Assembly (NCBI GenBank): GCA_037127795.1
Contig: JBAXXQ010000001.1
Location: forward strand, 515,687 to 579,686
Source of the DNA: a bacterium
GTDB lineage: Bacteria > Patescibacteriota > Minisyncoccia > Phycocordibacterales > UBA9973
Length of the DNA: 64,000 nt
Direction: 5' to 3'
Positions 49,070-61,345 of this stretch are shown piece by piece. Every line of letters begins with the position of its first letter. The stretch's first letter is position 1. The position numbers and the translations under genes were made by a program. Below the pieces are notes generated by a model, which was not told where the DNA came from, did not search any database, and saw only the letters and a list, made by a program, of their open reading frames with translations.

Positions 49070-50464
49070 TTATCGTATATTTTCTACCACTTTGCCAAGT
49101 GCAAAAAGTATTTCTTCTGCATATTGTGCTCCGATGAATTGCACTCCGAGAGGAAGTCCTGACTTGGTAACACCAGAAGGTATTGATATTGCTGGGTGTT
49201 GTGCGATATTTGCAGGCACTGTAAACAAATCTGAAAGGTACATAGCGAGTGGATCATTTACCTTTTCACCGATTTTAAATGCTGGACTTGGTGTTGTAGG
49301 AGTCAATACTGCATCATATTGTGCAAGCACGGTACGCAACTCATCTTTTATAATATCTCGCAATGCACATGCTTTGTTGTAGTATGCATCATAATATCCA
49401 TGAGAAAGTACATATGTCCCTACGAGAATTCTGCGTCGTACTTCTTTTCCAAAAAGTTCTCCACGAGTATCAGTATATATTTCTGAAAGAGTTTTTTTAT
49501 CAAGTCGTGGACCATAGCGTACTCCATCAAAACGAGCGAGGTTTGAAGAAACTTCTGCAGGCATCAAAATATAATACACAGCGAGCGCATCTTTAAAGTG
49601 TTCCAAATCTACTTCTTCTACGACATACCCTTCACCTCTAAACTTTGCAACAATATGTTCAAAATTTTCTTTTACTTCAGGATCGAGACCTTCACCAGAA
49701 AATACTCCTTTTGGTACTGCGATTTTTTTCTTCAAATCAGCATGTTTGGTACGAAGCTCAAGTGGTACTGATGTTGCATCACGTTTTTCATATACCGCAA
49801 TTACATCATACAAAACTTTTGCATCGTCTACAGAATGCGCCATAGGACCAATAACATCTAGAGAACTTCCCATAGCCATAAGCCCATGACGAGACACGGT
49901 GCCATATGTTGGAAGTAGTCCTACAAGTCCACAAAATGCAGCTGGCTGGCGAATAGACCCTCCAGTATCTGAGCCTAGTGATATTACTGCACAATCTGCA
50001 GCGACAGCAGCCGCAGAGCCACCTGAAGACCCACCAGGAACACGTGTCGGATCTATTGGGTTTTTGGTTACTCCATATGCTGAGTTTTCTGTTGAACTTC
50101 CCATAGCAAACTCATCCATATTCGTACGACCCAAAATGATCGCTCCTTGTTTTTTCAATTCTGCAATTACCGTCGAATCATAACTTGCAACATACCCTTC
50201 AAGAATTTTTGAACTTGCACCTGCGTGATGCCCATCAAATAAAATATTATCTTTTATTGCAATAGGGATCCCCGTAAGTACTGTCGCAGTACCATCAGCA
50301 AATTTCTTTTCAGCAATAGCAACTTGCTCTTGTATATCAAATACTTCTCTAAAAATATTGAGGTCTTTTGTTGCTTCTATGTTTGCAATATATATTGCAA
50401 CAAGAGATTGTACAGTGATCTCTCCTTTGAGTAACTTGTTGTGTAGTGAAGAAATAGTTTCCAT
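49070..50464 (-). CDS. gatA: Asp/Glu-tRNA amidotransferase subunit A
   Basis: AIKDN, GGSSGGSA, GSDTGGSIRQPA, SSNLARFDG. Confidence 0.97.
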   Translation of the reverse strand: METISSLHNKLLKGEITVQSLVAIYIANIEATKDLNIFREVFDIQEQVAIAEKKFADGTATVLTGIPIAIKDNILFDGHHAGASSKILEGYVASYDSTVIAELKKQGAIILGRTNMDEFAMGSSTENSAYGVTKNPIDPTRVPGGSSGGSAAAVAADCAVISLGSDTGGSIRQPAAFCGLVGLLPTYGTVSRHGLMAMGSSLDVIGPMAHSVDDAKVLYDVIAVYEKRDATSVPLELRTKHADLKKKIAVPKGVFSGEGLDPEVKENFEHIVAKFRGEGYVVEEVDLEHFKDALAVYYILMPAEVSSNLARFDGVRYGPRLDKKTLSEIYTDTRGELFGKEVRRRILVGTYVLSHGYYDAYYNKACALRDIIKDELRTVLAQYDAVLTPTTPSPAFKIGEKVNDPLAMYLSDLFTVPANIAQHPAISIPSGVTKSGLPLGVQFIGAQYAEEILFALGKVVENIR

Positions 50465-50467
50465 ATA

Positions 50468-50740
50468 TTATAAAATTTTTGGTACTTTAATAAACGACCC
50501 ATCATTGTTTGTACTTGCAGCTACGAGCCCAACTGCATCGGGATACAATACAGACTCATCAATACGTGCAACATTTGAAACAGCACCAATACTTTGTGCT
50601 TTTTGTTCTACAGAGAGATTACTTACTTGATCAACAAACGATACAATAGCACCTATTTGTGTCTCAAGCTCTACATATTCATCTTCTTGTATACGTAATC
50701 GCGCCAATGTCGCGAGATGTTCCAATGTCTTTTTTTCCAT
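50468..50740 (-). CDS. gatC: Asp/Glu-tRNA amidotransferase subunit C
   Basis: HLATLARL...FIKVPKIL; directly upstream of gatA. Confidence 0.9.
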   Translation of the reverse strand: MEKKTLEHLATLARLRIQEDEYVELETQIGAIVSFVDQVSNLSVEQKAQSIGAVSNVARIDESVLYPDAVGLVAASTNNDGSFIKVPKIL

Positions 50741-50829
50741 AGCTACACTATAGCAAATCTATATCCGATATTCCATATCCTTGACTTTTGTATGTATCAA
50801 TATATAGTATGCAAAAAATAATAAATAAT

Positions 50830-51294
50830 ATGACAAGTAGTATTTTTTCTTTCAGAAAACAAGATTCTTTGTATATTTGTACAGTACAAGTAGACTACAC
50901 CAAGGCATTAAATCATCTATGTGCCAACATCAACGATAAAAGTTTTCTTCCAAAAATTGAAGAACATTTTTCTAAAAACAAAAAAGGGGTTGAAAATGTA
51001 GAGATGGCATTTTTTCAGCCCGAGTATTCAATGAATATGAATTCGGTTGATGCGTTATACAAAAAATATAATTTACAACCCAATCCATATGCACAAACAA
51101 CAATAAACTATAGAAATCCTAGTTTTTGTTATGATTATGATAATTTTTTATTATGGAAAATTGAAAAAAATGAATATATTAGAATTGATTTTTTCAACCA
51201 TCACGATGATTTTTTTATATCAGTGGATCAAAAAAAATCTGATGACCATACATACAATTATCAATGGTATGCTGGTGAACTTATAAAATCATAA
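50830..51294 (+). CDS. hypothetical protein (accessory cassette)
   Basis: TTGACT promoter at 50781; ORF ends YQWYAGELIKS; terminator 51300-51340; start uncertain. Confidence 0.65.
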   Translation: MTSSIFSFRKQDSLYICTVQVDYTKALNHLCANINDKSFLPKIEEHFSKNKKGVENVEMAFFQPEYSMNMNSVDALYKKYNLQPNPYAQTTINYRNPSFCYDYDNFLLWKIEKNEYIRIDFFNHHDDFFISVDQKKSDDHTYNYQWYAGELIKS

Positions 51295-51299
51295 TACTA

Positions 51300-51340
51300 C
51301 AAAGCCCTGATATACAAAATATGATATCAGGGCTTTTTTT
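51300..51340. terminator. bidirectional terminator (similar to the one at 53865-53897)
   Basis: AAAGCCCTGATAT...ATATCAGGGCTTTTTTT. Confidence 0.8.
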
Positions 51341-51343
51341 AAA

Positions 51344-51784
51344 TTATCGCGTCACATACAAACAGAGCACAGCATACATAAACGCTCGTTCGTTTTTTAA
51401 ACCGGCATCTACTGCTTCTCGTACTTTGCCTATAAAATATTCTACTTTTTCATAATTCATGTATTGAATCGTAACACCAGTTGGAAAATACATATTAAAT
51501 GCAATCATCCTTTTACTAATATTATTTTTATACAGATAAGTGAATATTCTATTTTTAGGAATACCGAACGAATCCAGTATTTGTGTTGCAAGGTTGAAAG
51601 TACCGGAAACAGTGCAATCAACAACTATCTCACAGGAATCCTTATGATTTCTGGAAAAAACAGTAACACTACTCGGACAACGAACATCTTTGTCTTGTGC
51701 CAGTTTTTGCCACATAGATCGTTCTTGAGCAAAAACACTTGAAATACTGAGCGCTAATATGAGCGCGAAACATACTTTTTTCAT
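51344..51784 (-). CDS. secreted hypothetical protein, paralog family member 1
   Basis: Signal peptide MKKVCFALILALSISSVFA-Q; shares W...P...S....SC and G....AF..A motifs with 53896 and 54407. Confidence 0.75.
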   Translation of the reverse strand: MKKVCFALILALSISSVFAQERSMWQKLAQDKDVRCPSSVTVFSRNHKDSCEIVVDCTVSGTFNLATQILDSFGIPKNRIFTYLYKNNISKRMIAFNMYFPTGVTIQYMNYEKVEYFIGKVREAVDAGLKNERAFMYAVLCLYVTR

Positions 51785-51912
51785 TTAAAAAATTTTTAAT
51801 AAAATACCATATATATTAAGCTTTGACAAGATATCCGTATATAATACTTGACTTTTATACATAAATATGCTATTATATATACAAATTACATTTACAACAA
51901 AATAATTACAAA

Positions 51913-53853
51913 ATGAAAAAAGTAACAAAAATAGTCGCTTTTGCAGTGACTTTAATCCTTGCAATTACTACGCTTCCCTATTCTGGGAAAGCTCAGGCGC
52001 CAAGTATTACAATAACATCACCAAAAACAGGTGATGTTTATAAACAAGGAGATAGTATTACTATTACTTGGACAAGTACAAATATCGCTACTACAGATCT
52101 TGTAGATATAGGGGTATATAGCCATCTTGGTACAGGTAGTGTTATTATGCTGACACCATCATCAGGCACACTAAATGACGGCGTTGAAACTTTTATTATT
52201 TCAAATAACTGGCATTATGGAAATGATTATAGTATCAGTATTTATCTGCACTCACAGGTCAACGGAATTGGATCTAGTGGAATGTTTACCGTAAATCGAA
52301 TACCATCAGCATCTTCTATTACAGTAACCTCACCAAACGGTGGAGATGTTTATAATGTAGGTGACACTATTGCGATCACATGGAGTACGAAAAATATACC
52401 TATTAGTGAAAGTGTTGGAATTTATCTTAGTTCAGATAGTATTACACAACTAACATCTAATTGTGGAATTGCTTGGCAAAATATTCCAAATACTGGAACT
52501 TTCGCTTATGTAATACCAGATATTACTACTTACGCACAACCTTGCTTTAGTTATCCTTTTGGTAATCATTTTAAGATAAATATCTCATATTATGATACTG
52601 CAACAAATAATTTAATTGAGGATTCTTCTGATGCAAATTTCACCATTCTACCTAATCCTATTTATAGATCTCTTCAGATAATTTCACCAAATACTGGGGA
52701 AATATTTTATCCTGGAGAAACTATAGTTATAGACTGGATAAGTATAGGACTTAAACCAAGTGATAGTATGAGTATAGATCTTGCAATAAAAGATTCTCTT
52801 GGCTACCACAATGCAAACCTTATTCATTCATACGCAATAAACAATGGGCAAACATTGATTCAAATTCCACACAATATTCCTAGCGATAGTAATTATGTGA
52901 TACACATGGAAACAGGAGATTCTACATTCTTTATAGAAGGGATCAGTAATGTATTTACTATTTTAGATTCAGTGCCGTCAATAACGATTACATCGTTAAA
53001 CAATGGCGGAGTATATACTCCAGGTCAACAGGTTTTAATTACTTGGAATACAAAAAATATTCCAACAACAGATAGCCTGCTTTTCTATTTAAGTTCTGAT
53101 AGTATCAACCTAATCACAAGTGGTTGTAGCCTTCCTAGTACTGTAACGATTCCAAATTCAGGATCTTTTGTATATACCATACCGGATCCTGTAAAACAGG
53201 GATATTCTCCTTGTATGAATTTTTTCTATGGTAATCATTATAAAATAGGTATGTTATATGGGCACTATTATACTGACATAGTATTTGGTCGCTCTCAATC
53301 AACCTCCAACACAATATCAAATGTTTTCTTTAGAGAGAATGCTTCAGATGAATCAGACACAACGTTTAGTATCATACAAGGTACTCTCGCAATTTCTGAT
53401 GTAGCACTACGTGCGTCTTTAGAAAAAGACATTGTACAACTACACTGGAATTCTACAGAAAGAGTAATACTACAAAGAAGCTCTACTGGTACAGATTGGG
53501 AACAATTAGTGCAAACAAGCACTACAAGCTATACAGATGAGAAACCATTAGATGGCATATCGTACTATCGATTAAAGGTATTAGAAAATGATGGAAATTT
53601 TCACTATAGTAATATAGAGAAGATATTGTATCACCTCAACGAAATTAGTGTGTATCCAAATCCTGTACAAAGTAGTTGTACTATCTCTGGAATAAAATCT
53701 GGAGATATAGTACAAGTATCTGATATGCAAGGAAGGGTACTTTTTTCAAAAGTTTCTTTTGATAGTATGATGTGTGTAGACATGTCAGCATATACAAAAG
53801 GCCTTTATGTAATTAAGGTAAATAATCAAAGTACAAAAGTAATAAAACAGTAA
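51913..53853 (+). CDS. secreted protein with four Ig-like repeats and a T9SS type A C-terminal sorting domain
   Basis: Sec signal; repeats S(I/L)xxxS(P/L)xxGxx(Y/F)xxGxx(I/V)xIxW; penultimate LHWNST..QRSS.G..W...YYRLK...DG.F.YS domain; CTD VYPNP...DMQGR...GLYVIKV...KVIKQ. Confidence 0.88.
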   Translation: MKKVTKIVAFAVTLILAITTLPYSGKAQAPSITITSPKTGDVYKQGDSITITWTSTNIATTDLVDIGVYSHLGTGSVIMLTPSSGTLNDGVETFIISNNWHYGNDYSISIYLHSQVNGIGSSGMFTVNRIPSASSITVTSPNGGDVYNVGDTIAITWSTKNIPISESVGIYLSSDSITQLTSNCGIAWQNIPNTGTFAYVIPDITTYAQPCFSYPFGNHFKINISYYDTATNNLIEDSSDANFTILPNPIYRSLQIISPNTGEIFYPGETIVIDWISIGLKPSDSMSIDLAIKDSLGYHNANLIHSYAINNGQTLIQIPHNIPSDSNYVIHMETGDSTFFIEGISNVFTILDSVPSITITSLNNGGVYTPGQQVLITWNTKNIPTTDSLLFYLSSDSINLITSGCSLPSTVTIPNSGSFVYTIPDPVKQGYSPCMNFFYGNHYKIGMLYGHYYTDIVFGRSQSTSNTISNVFFRENASDESDTTFSIIQGTLAISDVALRASLEKDIVQLHWNSTERVILQRSSTGTDWEQLVQTSTTSYTDEKPLDGISYYRLKVLENDGNFHYSNIEKILYHLNEISVYPNPVQSSCTISGIKSGDIVQVSDMQGRVLFSKVSFDSMMCVDMSAYTKGLYVIKVNNQSTKVIKQ

Positions 53854-53864
53854 TGTAGTACTAC

Positions 53865-53897
53865 AAAAGCCCCGATATTCATGTCGGGGCTTTTTTT
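53865..53897. terminator. bidirectional terminator
   Basis: AAAAGCCCCGATAT-TC-ATGTCGGGGCTTTTTTT. Confidence 0.8.
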
Positions 53898-54324
53898 AAA
53901 TCATTTTTTTCTTTTTCATTGCACATATAAATGCATCGGTATTTTTACTCCCCTTTTCTAATTCTTTTTGGAGCATATAAGTAAAATCTGCGGCTTGAGA
54001 AAAATTTATTACAGGAGTACTAATCATTCTCTTTTTTGAACCACTCAAAAAATGAGCAACAAAAATTTTCGATGATACAAAACTAGTATCAGTATACCGA
54101 TCTACTTCGGACATAAGAGTAAATGATGTATCAGGGTACAAAGATCGCAATACATACACTATGCAAGAATCTTTTTTATCTTTTGAGATATACATGATAC
54201 TTGTCGGAGCATATTTGTCATTAGAAATTTTTTTCCAATCTTCAAAATTTTTACTTCTCATAGAAGAACATCCAATAATTGCAAAAATACTACATAAAAG
54301 AACTACTACATTTATTATTTTCAT
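53896..54324 (-). CDS. putative lipoprotein, paralog family member 2
   Basis: Lipobox IIG-C; motifs WKKISNDKYAP...SKDKKDSC, GSKNTDAFICAM. Confidence 0.75.
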   Translation of the reverse strand: MKIINVVVLLCSIFAIIGCSSMRSKNFEDWKKISNDKYAPTSIMYISKDKKDSCIVYVLRSLYPDTSFTLMSEVDRYTDTSFVSSKIFVAHFLSGSKKRMISTPVINFSQAADFTYMLQKELEKGSKNTDAFICAMKKKKMI

Positions 54325-54406
54325 TTTAATTGTTTTGCATTAGACTATCACAAAAATAATAAAAACCAAAATAAAAAGCTTCCATAATAAGAAAGCTTTT
54401 TTACGT

Positions 54407-54898
54407 TCAATACGTCCATAATATTCTTTGTTTTTGTAATGCCACAATAAAAGCGTACGGACCATCAGCCCCAGAATTCAACGCTTCAATTATGAAATTA
54501 GTAAAAGATCCTGCCTGAGTAGCAGATAACCCCTTGTTTAAATGACCCGCAATACTTCTACAGGTATCAGCAAATAACAAATGGTTTTTTGAAAACCCTT
54601 GTACTGAATCGATAACATACATTTCATATTCTATAGGAATTCTGTATTTTACCTCATCAACCTCTGTAGCAAGCACAAACCTTGATTTATGTCTTGTTGT
54701 TCTCGTGAAATATACAGTGCAAGACCGCTTCCCGTCTTTTGAGACGTATAGAAAACCGTTTACAGGCAAGGTGTCCTCATGGACAAGACCTCGCCACACC
54801 AATATGTTTTTCTCATACGTATTCTTATATACGTATGATGTGCATGCAGATAAAAGACATACCAAACCGGTATACAGTAAGATGTTTATTCTTTTCAT
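54407..54898 (-). CDS. putative lipoprotein, paralog family member 3
   Basis: Lipobox LSA-C; motifs WRGLVHEDTLP...SKDGKRSC, GADGPYAFIVAL. Confidence 0.75.
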   Translation of the reverse strand: MKRINILLYTGLVCLLSACTSYVYKNTYEKNILVWRGLVHEDTLPVNGFLYVSKDGKRSCTVYFTRTTRHKSRFVLATEVDEVKYRIPIEYEMYVIDSVQGFSKNHLLFADTCRSIAGHLNKGLSATQAGSFTNFIIEALNSGADGPYAFIVALQKQRILWTY

Positions 54899-54953
54899 AA
54901 TAGTACTTTTTTACAACACTATCATAGAAAAAATAAATATACAATATAGTTTT

Positions 54954-57416
<2,463 letters not shown>

Positions 57417-57420
<4 letters not shown>

Positions 57421-58061
57421 AATTGCCAATTAGTTAACATTATTGATTGTGAAATATTTCTCGTAGCCGTACCATCAAGCCAGCTTACATTTACTGTAAC
57501 AGTAATAACATCAGCATCAGCACCATTAGATACTTGCATTTGTATCGTAAAACCACCATTGGTTGCAACAGGGCCGTACTTACCCATAGGATATTCATAC
57601 TGTGTATCATTTTGATTATATACCAATACAGGACATGCCCCAGGCCCAGAACAAGGACTAGCAAGTTGAGGAGGAGCAGTTTCACCAGGATAGTCTCCTG
57701 AATTCATAATAGAGGGTACTGGAACAAAACAGCCGTATGGTGAATAACAAATAGTTCCAGAAGTCGAAACACGATGACCATTTACTAACTTTGTTCCACC
57801 AGGAATACCGAGATTTGTAGATACCCAAGTACTCCACCAATCACTCGTTGTTGGATCAGGATTTTGTATCATAGCAGTATCACGACTATTGCGAACAGTA
57901 TCAAGTGCTTGCTGCGCGAGCCATGTCGCGATAATTTTATTTTTTGAATATCGTACAGAGTTTGCTGTACCTGCAGATACAGACAAAAGTGCTGTTACAG
58001 ACAAAGTGAGTATCATTACCGCTACTAGCATTTCAATTAATGTAAATCCTCGTGTTTTCAT
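57417..58061 (-). CDS. minor type IV pilin (PilV-like)
   Basis: MKTRG|FTLIEMLVAV prepilin motif. Confidence 0.88.
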
Positions 58062-58062
58062 A

Positions 58063-58674
58063 TTATTGGAAATTTCTCTGTGACACAAAGGTCTGAATAG
58101 TAAAAGGTGTCTGATCGGTATCTGTCGACGCATATCCAGAAAATACTATTCCGACTCCTCGTTGGCGAGTAGGGTCTGTAATCCCTACAAAATTAAACCC
58201 TAGACTAGAAACAACAACGCTTGGTGCAGTAACAGAAATTGGATCACTCCACGATGAACCAATAACACCACCTGTTACAGGAACTTCCATTTTTGTAATA
58301 CCATTCAAATTACTATCCCAGGTATATTTTATATATGAGTCTCTTCCAAGAGAGCTGTGTATAGTAATAGATTGCGCATATGAAAGTCCGTTTGCACAAT
58401 TATCATTACCATAATAACTATCAACCGGCAGTGCTTGTACAATATCTGTATCATTACAACCAATAATAGTTCCTGTACGAACATTACGCACAATAGATTC
58501 AAGAGCGAAGTTTGCATTATTGAGTACGTTTTCTGTAGCTTGTACCTTACGAGCTGAGGCATTGGCGGTATACACAGAACCAATAACAGAAACAACAACT
58601 ACAGTAAAAATAGCTATCGAAACCATAAGTTCGATAAGAGTAAAACCATTTTGCTGTGATATATTTTTTTTCAT
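58063..58674 (-). CDS. minor type IV pilin (PilW-like)
   Basis: G|FTLIELMVSIAIF prepilin motif. Confidence 0.88.
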   Translation of the reverse strand: MKKNISQQNGFTLIELMVSIAIFTVVVVSVIGSVYTANASARKVQATENVLNNANFALESIVRNVRTGTIIGCNDTDIVQALPVDSYYGNDNCANGLSYAQSITIHSSLGRDSYIKYTWDSNLNGITKMEVPVTGGVIGSSWSDPISVTAPSVVVSSLGFNFVGITDPTRQRGVGIVFSGYASTDTDQTPFTIQTFVSQRNFQ

Positions 58675-58677
58675 ATA

Positions 58678-59454
58678 CTATCTTCCTTTTATTGGATTAC
58701 CTATTGTACCTGTTGGTAATGGTAAAAAATCACCTGTATTTGTTTGTGGTGGAGGGACAGATTCAACAGAAATTTGTCCTGTATTCCACACAACAACATA
58801 CTTCTGTATTTTACCATTTTGTGAAGTAATAGTAATTCGTACTGCCGAAGCAGGATTACTACAAAGACTTCCCATTGCACCAGAATTTGAACAAATATAC
58901 GCATCTGGTACAGGTCTATTAAAAATAACACTTGCATATGCAGTTGCAGGCAAGCTAACCCAACCATTATTGGTATCATAAAATTCTATATTTGAAATAG
59001 ATGCAGAATAGGTAATTGCAAAAGATTCTAAACATTCTGTTGAAAGAGATATACCATTTTTGGTAGGATTACAAGTATCCCCAGAATTAAAACTATATGA
59101 ATTTTGCTGCACGGTAGAACCACGAGCACTTATAGGTAATGCTGCAAACAATGTAAAGTTTTTTGCACTAGGCGCAAACCCTCCACCACTATTGGTATCT
59201 GTAGAAAAAACCATACCGAACGAATTTACTTTATTACCATCTGTATCAAATACTCCTTGTGATCCGGTCGCATATGTCTGTGCTTTACGTACCGTCAACG
59301 CAAGCTCTTCTGCAAGATTTCTCGTATCTATAGACTGTCTAAAGTCAGAATAATTGAACATCACCATAGCAGAAATAACACCCACAATAGCACAGACCAC
59401 TATCATCTCAACAAGAGTAAATCCTTTTTGCTTTGTGGTATGTGTTAAAACCAT
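58678..59454 (-). CDS. minor type IV pilin (FimT/FimU-like)
   Basis: G|FTLVEMIVV prepilin motif. Confidence 0.88.
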   Translation of the reverse strand: MVLTHTTKQKGFTLVEMIVVCAIVGVISAMVMFNYSDFRQSIDTRNLAEELALTVRKAQTYATGSQGVFDTDGNKVNSFGMVFSTDTNSGGGFAPSAKNFTLFAALPISARGSTVQQNSYSFNSGDTCNPTKNGISLSTECLESFAITYSASISNIEFYDTNNGWVSLPATAYASVIFNRPVPDAYICSNSGAMGSLCSNPASAVRITITSQNGKIQKYVVVWNTGQISVESVPPPQTNTGDFLPLPTGTIGNPIKGR

Positions 59455-60242
59455 AATTGTAAAAATGAATATTGCGTCAAAGATCCCAACACTACGAGCG
59501 CTGTTGCAATAATAAGAAATGGTGCAAACGGAATTTCTGATTTGAGTGAATGTTTTTTACTAAGTGCCAAAAGAAATAGCCCAACAATTCCCCCAATCCA
59601 AAATGATACGAATATCATCACTACTCCAGCTCGTATACCAAGGAGCCATCCCAATACCAATGCAAGCTTCACATCACCAAAGCCCATAGCGCGCCCTTTT
59701 GAAATAAGCCATATAAGGAAAAATGGTGTTGCAACAAGCGGACCAGCAATAAGTGCATCACCGAGACCTATGAAACTGTGTGCAGTGTATGTAACAAATG
59801 CAATCATACCGAGCGAAAGAGCTCCAAGAATATACACCAATCTATCTGGAATAATCTTGTGCTTGAGATCATATGCAAATACAACAATCAACACACTTGC
59901 AACAGTTGCACTAAAGATAAAATACAAAACACTAAGAGCAAGTGGTAGTCCGAGTAGTATTGTGTGGATATACAAAAGCACAAAAGAAATTGCTACACAT
60001 AACTCTACTATAGGATGCTGAAATGAGAGATGGAGTTTGCAGGTGCGACATTTTCCACGGAGGGCAAGAAACGATACCACGGGGAGCATCTCATACCACT
60101 CCAAGGTGCGATTGCAACGGTCACATTTTGATCTCCCTTTCACAATACTTCTCCCTGTATGAAACCGTACAATAACTACCCCTAAAAAACTCCCAACCAA
60201 TAATCCAAGCCCAAAAATAAAAAGTGGTAAGAAAATAATCAT
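59445..60242 (-). CDS. pilD: prepilin peptidase (A24)
   Basis: GSFLGV, CxxC...CxxC, YDLKH, GFGDVKL, PFAPFL. Confidence 0.94.
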   Translation of the reverse strand: MIIFLPLFIFGLGLLVGSFLGVVIVRFHTGRSIVKGRSKCDRCNRTLEWYEMLPVVSFLALRGKCRTCKLHLSFQHPIVELCVAISFVLLYIHTILLGLPLALSVLYFIFSATVASVLIVVFAYDLKHKIIPDRLVYILGALSLGMIAFVTYTAHSFIGLGDALIAGPLVATPFFLIWLISKGRAMGFGDVKLALVLGWLLGIRAGVVMIFVSFWIGGIVGLFLLALSKKHSLKSEIPFAPFLIIATALVVLGSLTQYSFLQLWF

Positions 60243-60296
60243 GTACTAAGTATATCACGTGTAGCAGAGCATACAAGACAAATTACATCTGTATGC

Positions 60297-60704
60297 CTAA
60301 GTCTTTTTCTTTGTTTTAGTGTGAAATATAACCTTTTTAAATACGAGAAAATTTACAAAAGAAGTAAGTACTGTTATACCTATTTGAGCTCCCAAATACC
60401 AAAACTTACAAACTTCTACAAAAACAAACATCAAAAGTGTATTCACCCCAAGCATAGCAAGGTTGTGCAAGAAAAAAATAAGAAATTGTATAAAAATCTT
60501 TGTTTTTGTTCGTTCATTAAAGGTTACAAACTTATGTAAACAAAAACTAACAACAATACCAAAACAAAACGCTATTACTGAAGAAAATAAATACCAAATA
60601 TGCAAGGTATGTACCAAAACATATAATAAAACAAAAACACTAACAGAGCTTATCCCTCCAGAAAAAATATACCGAACAATTTTATTTTGTATTATTTTTT
60701 GCAT
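60297..60704 (-). CDS. GtrA family flippase
   Basis: RYIFSGG, 4 TM, FCLHKFVTF; start moved to MQKIIQ. Confidence 0.88.
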   Translation of the reverse strand: MQKIIQNKIVRYIFSGGISSVSVFVLLYVLVHTLHIWYLFSSVIAFCFGIVVSFCLHKFVTFNERTKTKIFIQFLIFFLHNLAMLGVNTLLMFVFVEVCKFWYLGAQIGITVLTSFVNFLVFKKVIFHTKTKKKT

Positions 60705-61345
60705 GATATTTTTACAACAAATTGATATGCAAATAATGTTGGCCATATAGTAGTGATTCCGTATAGTATATGCGCAACACTATTAATAATACTTTTTGGT
60801 AATTTCTTAAAAACTAATTGTACCGGTATGATTGTATATTCCATCTTTTCTATATCGTACCCAGCACTATCAACAGTTTGTCGTAATGTTTTTCTGGTAA
60901 AAAAATGTACATGTGTTTTATCAAAAATCCCCTTTTCTGCATAATCAAAATTACCAAACAAAATTTTTATACGCGCATATATATTTACAATATTGGGAGT
61001 TGAAATAATAATATACCCATCTTTAGTAAGATTTTTTTGTATTTTTCGTAAAATACCTTCTGGGTCAACAGTGTGCTCCAATATATCCCCTAAAATAATT
61101 ACATCATACATCCCAACAACATCTTCTTTTGTTATATCAAGCACATATGCATTACAATATTTTTTTGCTTCTTCTATATATGCATCATCAAAATCAACAC
61201 CATCAATAGTACAACCTTTTTCTTGTAAAAAAGAAGCAAGGTACCCTGAAGCACACGCAATATCCAAAACTTTTGTATTCGGTTTTACAAGATCTATTAT
61301 CTTTGAGTGACTACTATACAAAAAAGGTTTTAATGTGTAATTCAT
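60692..61345 (-). CDS. class I SAM-dependent methyltransferase (glycan-associated type)
   Basis: VLDIACASG, DILEH, STPN, DKTHVHFF. Confidence 0.88.
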   Translation of the reverse strand: MNYTLKPFLYSSHSKIIDLVKPNTKVLDIACASGYLASFLQEKGCTIDGVDFDDAYIEEAKKYCNAYVLDITKEDVVGMYDVIILGDILEHTVDPEGILRKIQKNLTKDGYIIISTPNIVNIYARIKILFGNFDYAEKGIFDKTHVHFFTRKTLRQTVDSAGYDIEKMEYTIIPVQLVFKKLPKSIINSVAHILYGITTIWPTLFAYQFVVKISCKK

